Assembly (NCBI GenBank): GCA_951406725.2
Contig: OX597819.1
Span: forward strand, 43,338,001 to 43,402,000
Source of the DNA: Octopus vulgaris
Taxonomy: Eukaryota
Length of the DNA: 64,000 bases
Direction of reading: 5' to 3'
Under the pieces are notes generated by a model, which saw nothing but the letters and a program-made list of their open reading frames with translations, did not search any database and was not told where the DNA came from. The position numbers and the translations under genes were made by a program. Shown here one piece after another: positions 29,898-43,932 of the stretch (position 1 is the first letter of the stretch; each line of letters starts with the position of its first letter).

Positions 29898-30428
29898 TTA
29901 TTTATTCGTTCCAGTCAGTGGACCGAAACCATAGTGGTGTACTGCCGTGACAGATTTAGTCGGACAAATCAACCCCAAGTACTTCTAACTTTTATTGTAT
30001 CAAACGTGTTTCTGCCGAATCCCCCCCTACGTTACGACGACGTACAAAAACTTAAACTAATTATGAAGTCGTGTGTATTCAAAGACAAACAAAAAGACAC
30101 GCACGAACATATTCATGCATATATACGTTATATAACACACATATAATATACACATATAATATACATATTATATAAATATGTGATACACACAGTCTCACAC
30201 ACACTTACATACATATATATATACATATACACATTCATATATAGATTTATACATACCTATGTCCAATGGTAATACGTGTATCATGTTGGCTAGGAGTTGT
30301 GGGTTCGTGTCCCACGGGCAGTTCTCTATTTTTTTCTATTTGTGAACCCAATACTTACTTGCTATTATTTATAGCATCCATATTGAATTCAATATATTTT
30401 ATTTATACTTCCATATATATGTATATGT

Positions 30429-30475
<47 letters not shown>

Positions 30476-30478
<3 letters not shown>

Positions 30479-30885
30479 GTAGGAGTGACTGCGTGGTAAG
30501 TAGCTTGCTTACGAACCACATGGTTCCGGGTTCTGTCCCACTGCGTGATACCTTGGGCAAGTGTCTTCTACTAAAGCCTCGGGCCGACCTTGTGAGTGTC
30601 TTAGGTAGACGGAAACTGAAAGAAGCCCGTCGTATACATATATATATATGTGTGTGTGTGTGTGTATGTATATATATGTTTGTGTGTCTGTGTTTGTCCC
30701 CCCCCAACATCGCTTGACAACCGATGCTGGTGTGTTTACGTCTCCGTCACTTAGCGGTTCGGCAATAGAGACCGATAGAATAAGTACTAGGCGAACAAAG
30801 AATAAGTCCTAAGGTCGATTTGCTCGACTAACGGCGGTGCTCCAGCATGGCCGCAGTCAAATGACTGAAACAAATAAAAAAAGAA
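30476..30885 (+). mobile_element. SINE family 1, full length
   Basis: Head, internal TA/TG microsatellite and tail. Confidence 0.85.
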
Positions 30886-30905
30886 TATATATATATTTAG
30901 ATTGA

Positions 30906-30948
<43 letters not shown>

Positions 30949-31184
30949 CCATATGTACATATACGTATGAATACATACGTATATTTATAGGTATATATAA
31001 AATACATTAAAAATACAAGTTTACACATACACACAAATATTTATGTATTTAATTAGGTCTAAATGGAAGTTTTTAGTTGGTAATTAGCTACAGTAGATCA
31101 GAAAATTAATAGCTTAGAATTATTAGGTGAGAAATTACCTACTTAGTAAGTTATGGTGGACTTGTGACATAATGTAATAAAACA

Positions 31185-31239
<55 letters not shown>

Positions 31240-31256
31240 ATTAGTATAGTATATAT

Positions 31257-31351
<95 letters not shown>

Positions 31352-31644
31352 ATACACACACACACACATATATATAAGTTGTTAAGTCTATGTCCGGTCA
31401 TACATCTATTTCAATCTTTATTTTTTCTAATGGAGTTAAAAGAGACATTAAAGCGAAGTATTAGTATTTTTTGGAGTACGTATATCTACTCTTTATTTAC
31501 AAGAATATTGGTGATAGTGACTGCGAAGTATCGGCCTGCGAGCCCTTCTTCTTAGAAAAGCTTAGTTGGTCATCACTATTCTTCTGTTTTTGTGTGCCCA
31601 CATAAAATTAGAAGTGTGTGTGTATGTGCGTTCATGTATGCATA

Positions 31645-31683
<39 letters not shown>

Positions 31684-31804
31684 TATGCATAAACATGAAC
31701 CAACTTCACGGCAGGAGGTGCAGGTGAGGGCAGCTGCATCGAACTCTCTCATGCACCAATTGACAATTGCTAAAAAGCATTCGTGAAGTAAAAATCATGT
31801 AGCA

Positions 31805-31950
31805 ACACCAAATGGTGGTGCCCCAGCATAGCCACAGCTTGTGAGCTGAAACTAGATAAAAATAAAAAAATTAAATATATATATATATATATATATGGTG
31901 GTGCCCCAGCATGGCCACAGCTTGTGAGCTGAAACTAGATAAAAGATAAA

Positions 31951-31996
<46 letters not shown>

Positions 31997-32045
31997 TGGT
32001 GTCCCAGCATGGCAGCGGCCTTCGGGTTAAAACAGTTTTAAGGAT
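31805..32045 (+). repeat. Three tandem LINE/SINE 3'-tail fragments separated by (TA)n
   Basis: ATGGTGGTGCCCCAGCATGGCCACAGCTTGTGAGCTGAAACTAGATAAAA repeated. Related pieces at 45855-45895, 57545-57590 and 61970-62020. Confidence 0.7.
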
Positions 32046-32063
32046 TTATATATATATATATCT

Positions 32064-32094
<31 letters not shown>

Positions 32095-32191
32095 CACACA
32101 CATACACGAGTGTATATATATATATTGATAAATGTACCTATATCTATCTATCCATCTATCTATTTATCTATCTATTTATCTATCTATCTAC

Positions 32192-32308
<117 letters not shown>

Positions 32309-32776
32309 CACACACACCCAAACACACACACACACATATGCATAAATACATACATACGTGTACACACGGATTATATATATATACCTACGCAGTATTTCTT
32401 GAACGTCGGCTGCCTGCAGTTTATTCACACGTAATCATGCTTGTTTTGTGCGTGTGTGCTTCTAAGTCAACGCTATAAGAAGCTAGCAAAGAAAACTATC
32501 GTGTAGAAGGAAATTCCCTTCGAAGCTGCGATTCCCGTCGAAAATCGTGATTTACAGTAATAATACCCTGTAGTTTATTTCCATTTACAATGTTGATATC
32601 CACCACAATTAAGGATGTCGACTGCTGAAGACAAATAATAACTTCCGTGCGGAAAAGACAAAAGATGCAGTAGAAAAATAGATACGGAGATAGAAAGAAG
32701 ACGAGATTGCCTAATCTCTGTGCTATAGGAAGATCGATAACATTTTATGCTTTTTCTCATATATATATATATATAT

Positions 32777-33166
32777 ACTCTTTACTCTTTTACTTGTTTC
32801 AGTCATTTGACTGCGGCCATGCTGGAGCACCGCCTTTAGTCGAGCAAATCGACCCCGGGACTTATTCTTTGTAAGCCCAGTACTTATTCTATCGCTCTCT
32901 TTTGCCGAACCGCTAAGTGACGGGGACGTAAACACACCAGCATCGGTTGTCAAGCAATGCTAGGGGACAAACACAGACACACAATCACACACACACATAT
33001 ATATATATACATATATACGACAGGCTTCTTTCAGTTTCCGTCTACCAAATCCACTCACAAGGCATTGATCGGCCCGGGGCTATAGCAGAAGACACTTGCC
33101 CAAGATGCCACGCAGTGGGACTGAACCCGCAACCATGTGGTTGGTTAGCAAGCTACTTACCACACA

Positions 33167-33170
<4 letters not shown>
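32777..33170 (-). mobile_element. SINE family 1, near full length
   Basis: Reverse-complement match. Confidence 0.85.
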
Positions 33171-33237
<67 letters not shown>

Positions 33238-33274
33238 GTATGTATGTGTGCGTGTGTGTATATCACACCTATCA

Positions 33275-33707
33275 CTTGTTTCAGTCATTAGACTGCGGCC
33301 AGGCTGGGGCACCGCCTTCGGGGAATTTTAGGCGAATAAATCGAGCCCCATACTTAGAGTTTTTAAAACCTGGTTCTTTTCTATCCATGTCTTTTGCCGA
33401 ATCGCTTAGTTAACGGGGGCGTAAAAAAAAAAAAACCAAGACCGGTTTTCAAGCGGTGGGGAGCGGGGAAACACACACACATACACAGTTACACACGCGC
33501 GTACACACGTGCGTATATATGTATGTATATATATATATATATTTGTGTGTGTGTGTGTGTGTGTATTTAACGGGATTCTTTCAGTTTTCGTCTACGAAAT
33601 TCACCCACGAGGCTTTGGTCGGCCCAGGCTCAATTGCTCAAGGTTCCACGCAGTGGGCCTGAACCCAGAACTATGTGGTAAAGAAGCAAATTTCTTAGCA
33701 GACAGCT

Positions 33708-33711
<4 letters not shown>
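33275..33711 (-). mobile_element. SINE family 1, older subfamily
   Basis: Diverged reverse-complement match. Confidence 0.7.
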
Positions 33712-33763
<52 letters not shown>

Positions 33764-33951
33764 GCACATATATGTATATATATATATGAATATGTATGTG
33801 TGTGTATATATATATATATATGAGTGTATATATATATTAATATATGCACATATATATACATATATAAATAATATATAAATATATGCATATATGTATGTAT
33901 ATATATATACTTACGTACACGTGTTTATATATATATATATACATATATATA

Positions 33952-33986
<35 letters not shown>

Positions 33987-34388
33987 ATATATATATATAT
34001 ATATATGGATCCACTGCATGATGCTGGTAGGGTTTTTGGGTGCATCGATTGAGTTCCTTGTAAGGAAGTGTTTGGTAGTTTTGTAGCGTTTACTTTTGTG
34101 TGTCTGACTGGTGTTCAAATCTTGCTATGGCCGACATGACTTTTTCCTTTTCAGGGGTGTCCAATTTATGTATGTGGTTTATATACACAAACATATGTGT
34201 GTGTGCTCGCGTGCCTGAATCTGCACAAGAATGTGTTTATATATGTATGTGTGTATTTATATATATATATATATATATACTTACATACATACATACAAAC
34301 CATGCTCGATATTTATATTTAATTGTCTATCTCTTTTTATACGCAAATAACATATTTATATACGTATATATATATATATATATATACA

Positions 34389-34445
<57 letters not shown>

Positions 34446-34450
<5 letters not shown>

Positions 34451-34681
34451 AACATGTGATCTCTTAAGCACCACCAGCTCAAATATTTTCTCCTCTGTCT
34501 TCCCTCTTTGGGATCTTTCCTTCTCCTTGTTTCCGACGAAGAGCTCCGCTCGAAACGTTAAACCATCCTTCCTTTCTTTCCTGAGCGTCAATAATACTTT
34601 AATTGTTCCACGTCCTGCGTTGCTGTGTTTTTTTCTCTTTTTTTTCTCTTTTTTTCTGTGTCTTCTTGTTTAGATTAACTT
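34446..34681 (+). mobile_element. Short hammerhead-bearing element (family H1)
   Basis: Motif at 34529-34563 is identical to 2376-2410. (TA)n on both sides. Confidence 0.7.
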
Positions 34682-34749
<68 letters not shown>

Positions 34750-35039
34750 CATACATATATATATATGCATATATATATACATACATATATATATACATAT
34801 ACACAGACACATATATATATATGAGTGTGTCTCTGTGTTTGTGATGCCTCCCAACTTGACAACCGGTTCTGGTGTGTTTATATCCTCGTAAATTAGCTGT
34901 TCGGCAAACGACACCGACAGCGTAAATACCAGGCTTACCAATGGAAAAAAAAAAAAAAAAAAAGTATTCGGGTCGAATCTTTCGACTAAAATTCTTCAAG
35001 GTGATGCCCCAGCATGGCCGCACTATAATACACACACAC

Positions 35040-35113
<74 letters not shown>

Positions 35114-35325
35114 AAATAAGGATTCAGATAGAATCGGGGTACTTGAAAAGATATGCACCAGGTAGCGTTGGATAAACCTGTGATTCCGGCCTAAGGTTTG
35201 TAGGTATGAAATAAGATATTCCGGTTGTGTACACAGGGAAAACCCACCCTATGAGTATTTAGCGCCTAGGGGATGGTCCATAGCACGCGTTACATTGAGT
35301 TGTACGTTGTTGGTATTCTCTAGAG

Positions 35326-35544
35326 CAGTGGTTTTCAACCAGGGTTCCGCGGCACCTTAGGGTTCCGCCAGTACAGTCCAGGGGTTCCGCAAGAAGTTAC
35401 AAAACTGCTAAAATCGGCAGTAATTTTTAATTCTCCTGTGCAGATATGTGTGCATAAGACTATTAAATTATTGCACAGGGGTTCCTCGAGCCAGTGGAAT
35501 GTTTCCTTGGGGTTCCGCTCCAGCAAAAAGTTTGAAAAGCACTG
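35326..35544. mobile_element. hAT (Charlie/Buster-like) MITE
   Basis: TIRs CAGTGGTTTTCAA / TTGAAAAGCACTG; perfect 8-bp TSD CTCTAGAG. Confidence 0.9.
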
Positions 35545-36499
35545 CTCTAGAGTGTCCGATAAGTCGTTAATTCCTGTGACGTATTATAATCAAATGAACA
35601 ACAGATGATGGATATAAATATATATGTGTGTGTGTGTATATATGTATTTTAGAGAGTTGATAGAACAATTAACTGCAACCTGTTCCGATGTACTGTAACG
35701 TTATATTTTAGGTGTAAGCGAACTCTTTGGCTGTCATGTTTAATAAAGCCATCAATCGGTAGACGAACTAACGTGGCTGGTTCTACGTGTTTTTTTACTC
35801 TACAAAAATAGCAGCCAAATTAATCTCTCAAATTACATCTCATTGTCTTTGAAAAGGAAACAATCTGAAATATGTGAATACTGGGTTCTCTGTACATGGG
35901 GTAAAATTATGACGGCCACAGTTGGATTGCCTTTGAACTTAGGTCTGCTTGATCAGATCTGATGTGCATAGAGGTTAAAGAACAACAATTACAACATCAA
36001 TGGGGGCATCAAAAACAAAAAAAATCGCCATGTTTCCTTTCTATAATATGGTTCGTTGTTTGTTTATATTTCGTTTGTGTACCTCTTACAAGAACATTAA
36101 GTCATTAACGTTGCGTTTAATTAAAAGTCATCAATAATTAACCGGTCTTTTCTTCGATAAATTGTAAAATCTATAGATTCAAGAGGAATGTTTAACCGCG
36201 TCGATCTCACCCGGCGCTGAAAAGTCTGCGAAGACCGTAGGCAATTACCACTTCTTTCTTTTTTGTTTGTATTTTTCTTTCTTTTTTTTTCATATTTTTA
36301 ATAATTCCAGACAGTGAGAAAGGCAGTGCCCATGGCCACTTACAGAACCTCTGAAAAAGGTCTCTTGAAACCGGGAACCTGGCCCGAATGCTTACAACAG
36401 AGTGGACTCCACTAAAGGCTCTTTAGATGCCAGGTGGTACTGTTAAACCAAGTGACGAGTTAAGTTTATCACCCAAGACCAAAATAATTACAATATTAG

Positions 36500-36711
36500 T
36501 CCTTTCTACTAAAGGCACAAGGCCTAAAGTTTGTGAAAGGGGATAGTCGATTACATCGACCCCAGTGCTTGACTGATACTTAATTTATCGACCCCGAAAG
36601 GGTGAAATACAAAGTCGACCTCGGCGGAATTTTGAACACAGAAAATGGACGGCCAAATGCTGCTAAGCATTTTGTCTGGCGTGCTAACGATTCTGCCAGC
36701 TCGCCGCCTTA
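36500..36711 (-). mobile_element. SINE family 2
   Basis: Reverse-complement match. Confidence 0.75.
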
Positions 36712-38467
36712 ATATTATTAATAATAATAACCCTTTCTGCTGTGGGCACAAGGCCTGAAATTAACCCGCTTGAGTTCTCTTTGTAATTGACTGTGTTGAA
36801 TTCGGGGTGCCTCCCGAAGAAGGCGGCGAAGTATCCTGCACTGGGGGTTGAACACTATTAGACTGAGCTGCTGTCGCTGCTGCGGACTATGGAGGTGATG
36901 CTGGCCGCACATTGTGCTCAGACTGGCTAATTCAGGAAAAATATCTCAGGTTACAATAATCACCTGATAGTGGTTGAGGGCTCGTTTGAACCACAATTTT
37001 AAGGGGTATCAGCTGGAACCACGATTATTTGATTTTTATTTGTTTATAGGGGTCTGGATTCAAATAACCAAATCAGGACATATCCACCAAAATTACCTTT
37101 TTGGTGTATTGCGGTTAAAAATGATTATCTGCAAGATCTCGCCAGCTTTCAGTCAAGGATAACATCGATGACATCAGAAGAAAGTCCATCATGTCGCATC
37201 CAGCAATTGTCTCGAAACGTCCCAGCCCAAGTTATTCTGTTTGTGGTGATGTTGGTCGCAGAGTTCGTCCTTCAAAACATAAGATTGTGTCAGCTTTAGC
37301 AGAAGAGCAATCAAGAATCGAATTACTATATTACTGACTGGTCCATGTTACGCATCTTTATTGTTTGTCATTGTTATTTCAATATTTGTTGTGAATGATA
37401 AGTGATCAGTGTTCAGAATTTAGTGCTAATGATTCTGATTTTCTTTGCGGTGGAGTTCATTGTATTTTTTCGATTTTTTTTTTTTGAGCGGGTGGGTAGA
37501 CTATGGTAAAGTTTCAATCCAGGGATCTGTTAAGAATATTTTCTTTCTGTTATGTTGTGTTTTGGCCCCTCTTCAATTTCGGTGTAAGTAAGGCAAAATC
37601 CTCCAAGCCGGTGTATGACCTTCCTGATCAGATTTTTTGCACCATAAAATAGGCTAAATACCAAAAAAAAAAAGTGCATTTCAGATCAATTATTTCAAGA
37701 AATTTATCAGGTTTTGAGTCCATTTTCTGTTTCCTCTTTTTATACTTGTTTAATCACTTTGGGGGTCAATAACTACACCGATTTTACCCAATCTTGGTTG
37801 GTTTTGATGTTTGTTACCCAAATTGGAATTATACTTTCTGTGTGGCTTTTAACCCCTTTGAACTGATTTTCCCCACAGTTTACATAAAATGTTGAGGATG
37901 TCAAATGTGTTAGCCCTCAATATGTCAAAATTTATCGTTTAAAAAAAAATTATCAAGTTTGAGGGGTTTTACCAAAAATTTGGATATTTTTCATGCATCC
38001 TCTATTTTCTAAAATTTCTCAAATTTATGTTAGCTTATGCACTCTAGGCTGTAGCTTTACTAAAAGACAATAAAAAATGGTTCTAAATAAGTTCAAATAG
38101 AAGTTTAAAATCTTTTTTTAAAAGAAAATATGTTCAATCTTATGATACTAAAAAAACCCCGTAAATTTCGTTAAATTGGCTATAAAAATCGAACCATACA
38201 TTATTTTAAACTCAGGTTTTTTGCTTTGTAATCTCTTGAGTTTAGAGAACCAGAAAATATGCATTTTAAACATTTGGGGTAAACTTCCAAATATGATAAA
38301 TTCCCAACCTGGTGCGATTTTGTGGTTTTCTGGTATGGTGGAGGAAGAGGCAGTTGCGAGAGAGATGCAACGGTCCCCCGATTGGTTCTCCGGTCTTGAA
38401 AGTGTAATGTGGATGTGTAATGATGAAGCTGGATTGGTGGTGATGGTAGCTGGTGCGGTGGTTTTCC

Positions 38468-38746
38468 TCACAGTACTTCATGGTAGACAATATTTTGCAT
38501 GTCACGACACGTTTTTGGCCTTGTCTGTGATCCCGATTGAGTGTCATTACTCTTACTTTGATATTGTTCATAGCTCGTGCTCTTGAAAATGCGACATATA
38601 AATTGGCCACGAGAAAATACCGGTTGAGGCAAATGTATTCTTTTTCAATTTTCGCCCTTGAGCCTTATTGATCGTCATTGAATATACAAGTCGAACTGGA
38701 AACTGAAGTCTGTTTAGTGCGAATGGAATATTTGCATCACATGGGC
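38468..38746 (-). pseudogene. Helitron PIF1-like helicase C-terminal fragment
   Basis: Minus strand translates PFALNRLQFPVRLVYSMTINKAQG / LPQPVFSRGQLYVAFSRA / NIVYHEVL* with frameshifts. Confidence 0.85.
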
Positions 38747-39031
38747 TAAAAATACAAAAACAAAAATAGCTGGGGTTTATATAGATTAAAGTGAGAGACT
38801 ACCACATTAAGGAATATAACGGAGGATATATAATAGAAATTAAATAAATAAGTGATTAGAATCCCCAATAGCGGGGCAGTCCACTGAGGGTAATCTGGAG
38901 TAAACCCCACGCAAAAAACTCAGATTACTCTGCCATCCACAAGGCATAGTAGGGTTCCCTCTTCCAGTTTCATTCCTCCTGTTTAGAAAATCATACTCGG
39001 AGTCGGTCCATTTGGCCTCATCAGTCTTGCT

Positions 39032-39255
39032 ACTCTCTTACTCTTCACTCTTTTACTTGTTTCAGTCATTTGACTGCGGCCATGCTGGAGCACCACCTTT
39101 AGTCGAGCAAATTGACCCCGGGACTTATTCTTTGTAAGCCCAGTACTTATTCTATCGGTCTCTTTTTGCCGAACCGCTAGGTTACGGGGACATAAACACA
39201 CCACCATCGGTTGTCAAGCGATGGTGGGGGGACAAACACAGACACACAAACATAT

Positions 39256-39297
<42 letters not shown>

Positions 39298-39460
39298 GAC
39301 AGGCTTCTTTCAGTTTCCGTCTACCAAATCCATTCACAAGGCATTGGTCGGCCCGAGGCTATAGCAGAAGACACTTACCGAAGATGCCACGCAGTAGGAT
39401 TGAACCCGGAACCATGTGGTTGGTAAGCAAGCTACTTACCACAAAGCCACTCCTGCGCCT
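39032..39460 (-). mobile_element. SINE family 1, full length
   Basis: Reverse-complement match. Confidence 0.85.
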
Positions 39461-39796
39461 ACTGTCGAAATAATAATAACAATTCTTTGTATTATAGGCA
39501 CAAGGCCTAGAATTTTGTGCGAGGTTGGGGGGGGGGGGTAGTCGATTATATAGAACTCTGTGCTTGATTGGTACTTGTTTCATCGGCTCCGAAAGGATGA
39601 AAAACAAAAATGACCTCGGTGGGATTTGAACTCAGAATGTAAAGAGCCTGAAGAAATAGTGGAAGCGCTTTATCCTGTGTACTTAACAGTTCTATATTAT
39701 GTTCTAGGGTAGGGTTGACTTTACTTTCCATTTTTATGCCTTTTCTTTCTTTTATTATAAATACCTTCACATCTTGGAGACATTTTATTAATATCC

Positions 39797-40025
39797 TTTA
39801 TCTTTTACTTGTTTCAGTCTTTGGATTGCGGCCATGCTGGGGCACCACATCGACGGGTTTAATCGAACAAGTCAACCTCGAACAAGTCAACCTGGTACTT
39901 AGTCTATCAGTGTCTTTTACCGAACTACTAAGTTATGTTAACGTAAACAAATCAACATTGGTTCTCAAATGGTGGTGGGGGAGCGCAAACACAAAAACAT
40001 GCACACACACACATACACACACACG

Positions 40026-40092
<67 letters not shown>

Positions 40093-40237
40093 GCTTACAC
40101 AATTTCCGTCTACCAATTTCACTCGAGAAATTGGTCGACCAAGGGTTATAACTGAAGATACTTTCCCAAAGTACTGCGCAGCGGGGTCTGAACTCGAAAC
40201 CATGTGGTTGCAAAACGAGCTTCTTAACCACACAGCC
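39797..40237 (-). mobile_element. SINE family 1, older copy
   Basis: Diverged match with an internal (CA)n tract. Confidence 0.7.
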
Positions 40238-42377
40238 AAGTTTATAGCAATACTTAATTGATCCATTATTGTTTCGATCCCTGAAAATGCCAAATTAAGC
40301 TGTGCAGGATTTGAATTCAAAACGTATAGAATCGTAAGTAAAAATACCGCAGGTATATTTATTCGACGCTCTAACGTTTCCACCAATACAACGACGATAA
40401 AGAGGCGGAGTTTTGGAATCGCTGTCCCTCGAAATCCCTTACCTCGCAGGAAAGGGAAAGGGATAGTTTTCTTTTTCTTTTTCCTTTAGTACTAATGTAC
40501 TTCCTGGCGCGTAGCTTAGAAGTTAAGGTGTTGCATTTGATTCCCAGATCAGGCAGTACTTTGTGTTTTTGAACAAAACACTTCATTTTATATTGCTTCA
40601 GTACACTCAGCTGTAAATGAGATGCAACAATACCTGGGAAATTAATTCTGTTGTAGACTGGCGCCCCGTTCAGTGAGGGAGAGTTGTAATCGCAGCCGCT
40701 CTACGCTATGAAATCCAGATTAAACCTTAAAAATTCAGACAAACAAAAAAAAAAAAATCATAGGAAAAAAACAAGTGGTATTAAACGTGGTATGAAGACT
40801 ATCATATAACTTGTCTGACATGCGCATTGCGTTTTTATTCTTCTCTTCCGTCTTATGAACCAAGTGTGTATATGCGCATTGCGTGTTTATACCCCTCTTT
40901 CCGGTTCCTTCTCAAAACTGTTTTCAGATCACAACCATCTCACGAACCTGCGGTCGTGTGGAGTGCTTCGCGCTCAAACGGTTGCGAGAGAAGTATATCG
41001 GAAAACGTGCAGCCACAAGAACACTTTCACAATTTGTGTGTTGCTCGACGGAAACACAATAGACTGTGGCAGAGTTCCTTCATAGCGTCGGCTGGAATTT
41101 TTGTCTAAGTCATGAACGTTGAAATATTGAATATACATGTAATACCGCGATACTACATAAGGTGTTTTCAATCTGTACATGTCATGAATTGTCAACAAAT
41201 GACAGACTTAATTTTTTGCTTTCATTGTCTTCGCTTAAGAAGCCGAATAAAAGGATATTTTTTTTTTGTTTCACGTATGTGTAATCCCATCGAATATAAT
41301 AAATTGTGTAAAAGTCATGTTCTGTCAGTTAATAAATGATTAAAAACTATCTTTTTATTATATTACTTTAATTGTTTATAATTGGATCGGATTGGCTTGC
41401 TCATGTTAAGTCCACTGCAGTCAAGAACCTCCGCATGTTCTCTTCAACTGTAGTCTGATGCGGAGACCCGTGAATTTGAGCTTGAAATCAAACTGATTCG
41501 ACGAGCTTACTCAGCTACACTGGCTCGACATCGCTTGGCAGAGGAATGCAGTTTTTATACTCGTACCTAAGAGTAGTTAAGTCAATTATGTTGACACCAG
41601 TGTTCAACTGGTACTTATTTTATCAACTCCGAAAGGATGAAAGCAAAGTCACCTTCGGCTTAAGGACGGACGTAATATCGCTAAACATTTCGCCCGGCCT
41701 ACAAATGATTCTATTAGCTAACCGATGGAACAATAGAAAATTTGAATAAAATGTGACTTTTTTTCTTCTGGACATCGGCTTTACGAGTCCTAGGTCTCTT
41801 GACGGACTAAAGACTAAGCAATGTGTTTCCTTCCACGGAAATTACGATTTTCAATTTTGCAACAAAATTGTATATCCCAAATTTTAACATTCCACATTTT
41901 TTCAAACGATTCCGTACCTTTACCTTTCCTATGAGATAAAGGAATTCAAGAGACAGCTATTCCAAAACTCCACCGATAAACTAGAATATCTATCAAGTAT
42001 TGTAATCGAATATACACCTCGCCCCTCTCTCGTCCAGCGTAAGCCTAAAATCAATAAGAGCGACCATTGCAAGCTCAACACATTTGAAGGCTTCGATTAC
42101 AGTTTGCTGTCTCATCGCACAATGCTGTCTGCTTTTAGATATTTTATATGTCAATATGTATCAGGGCTCGTGTTCAAGTTAAAAATATAACCACTTAAAT
42201 TACACAGAAGCAACACATGTGATTGAAGAGAAAGCAAAACAAAAAAAAAACCTACATGATAAACAACTCCATATGGCGACCCGCCATTTTTTATCGATCG
42301 TCTTAATAATGAGTATGTACGCACGCGTGTGAACTTTACAGAATATGAAATGACTTCGTTCAGTGCTTCATTTGCAT

Positions 42378-42419
<42 letters not shown>

Positions 42420-42478
42420 GCGAGAATGAAGGTACCATATTCAAGTAAATTCATTTAAATTAACTTGAATCTTTATTG

Positions 42479-42560
<82 letters not shown>

Positions 42561-42661
42561 CCTGCACGCTTAGCCAGCGGGGTGGCGTCATTTGAAGGCT
42601 AAAACAATGTGAAGCGCATTGTGATCTGCGATGTGTAGCAACATCTGACAGCCTGGTCGGT

Positions 42662-42699
<38 letters not shown>

Positions 42700-42700
<1 letters not shown>

Positions 42701-42915
42701 AGGCGAACTGGAGGAATCGCTAGCACTCCGGACAAAATGCTTAGCGTTATTTCTTCAGGCTCTTTACATTCTGAATTAAAATTCCGCCGAGGTTGACTTT
42801 GCCTTTCATCCTTTCAGGACCGTTGAAATAAGTACCAGTCGAACACTGGCGTCGATGTAATCGACTATCCGCTCACCCAAATGTTCAGACTTTGTTCCTC
42901 TTGTGGAAAGGCATG
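42700..42915 (+). mobile_element. SINE family 2 (diverged)
   Basis: Head and central domain. Confidence 0.7.
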
Positions 42916-42973
42916 TGTGTGTGTGTATGTGTTTGTAATATATGCGCGAAGATACACCTCCAGAGCCAGTGAT

Positions 42974-43077
<104 letters not shown>

Positions 43078-43196
43078 AACACACACAAACACACTCATGT
43101 ATAACACTGAAAACAGAACGGCAATATACGTATATCCGATCGTTGCATAAATTTAATTTGAGGCCTTAATGTACAGCAAAACATTATACAAAACAT

Positions 43197-43698
43197 AGAA
43201 AAAAGGGCAAGTGCGGCAGCGTGGGTGGGAGCAGGGGAACGAGCCGGGTTAGGAGGTTGTGTTAGAGTAGAAGCTGTGGACCAAGAGGCCTCGTAGGTTG
43301 TGAGTTCGTTTGAAAGAGGGGAGGAGTCGGTCAGGGAAGATGTGCGAAGTGGAGGGGTCGGACTGGAGTCGCCGGAAGGCTCGGAGGATTGTGCGTTGGA
43401 GCGGTAGGGTGGTGGGGTGGTAGGTGAGGGGGAAACGGGAGACGGCGGGGCGGGTGAGGGGGGAGAGAGCAGATGTACGATCCACGGAACATACTCTAGC
43501 AAGAGCGGTGTGGATAGTGGTGAGGGGATATCCACGTAGGATGAAGTGGCGAGCTATGAGTTGAAACTGAGTTTCAAAATCATGGTCGTCACTACAGAGC
43601 CTGCGTAGACGGAGGATGGAAAGCTTGGCGTGTTTAGGGTGGGAGGAGGAGAAGTTGAGGCATGAGTGTGAGTCTGTGTGTTTGTAGTGGATGGAGGT
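43197..43698 (-). pseudogene. Penelope-like element (Neptune-type) RT thumb and linker fragment
   Basis: One frame reads YKHTDSHSCLNFSSSHPKHAKLSILRLRRLCSDD...FILRGYP...PLTYHP...LQSDPSTSHIFP...FKRTHNLRGLLVHS...*PGSFPCSHPRCRTCPF, including the Cys-rich linker that precedes GIY-YIG. Confidence 0.85.
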
Positions 43699-43766
<68 letters not shown>

Positions 43767-43847
43767 GTGAAACAAGGAGGAAAAAATAATACTCGAATAC
43801 CAGAGGTAGAGTAATATGATTTATTAGAAAGCAGCAAAAATATCACA

Positions 43848-43893
43848 AAAACTGTTACTCAGAGTTTCACGTTGCCGTTCGTCGGACAGTTTT
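43848..43893 (-). ncRNA. Type-I hammerhead ribozyme motif (U4C variant)
   Basis: AAAACTGT-CCGACGA-ACG(GCAA)CGT-GAAA-CTC(T)GAG-TA-ACAGTTTT: 8-bp helix I, GNRA-capped helix II, GUA site. AATAAA lies downstream (43825-43820). Confidence 0.7.
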
Positions 43894-43901
43894 GTCTTTA
43901 T

Positions 43902-43932
<31 letters not shown>

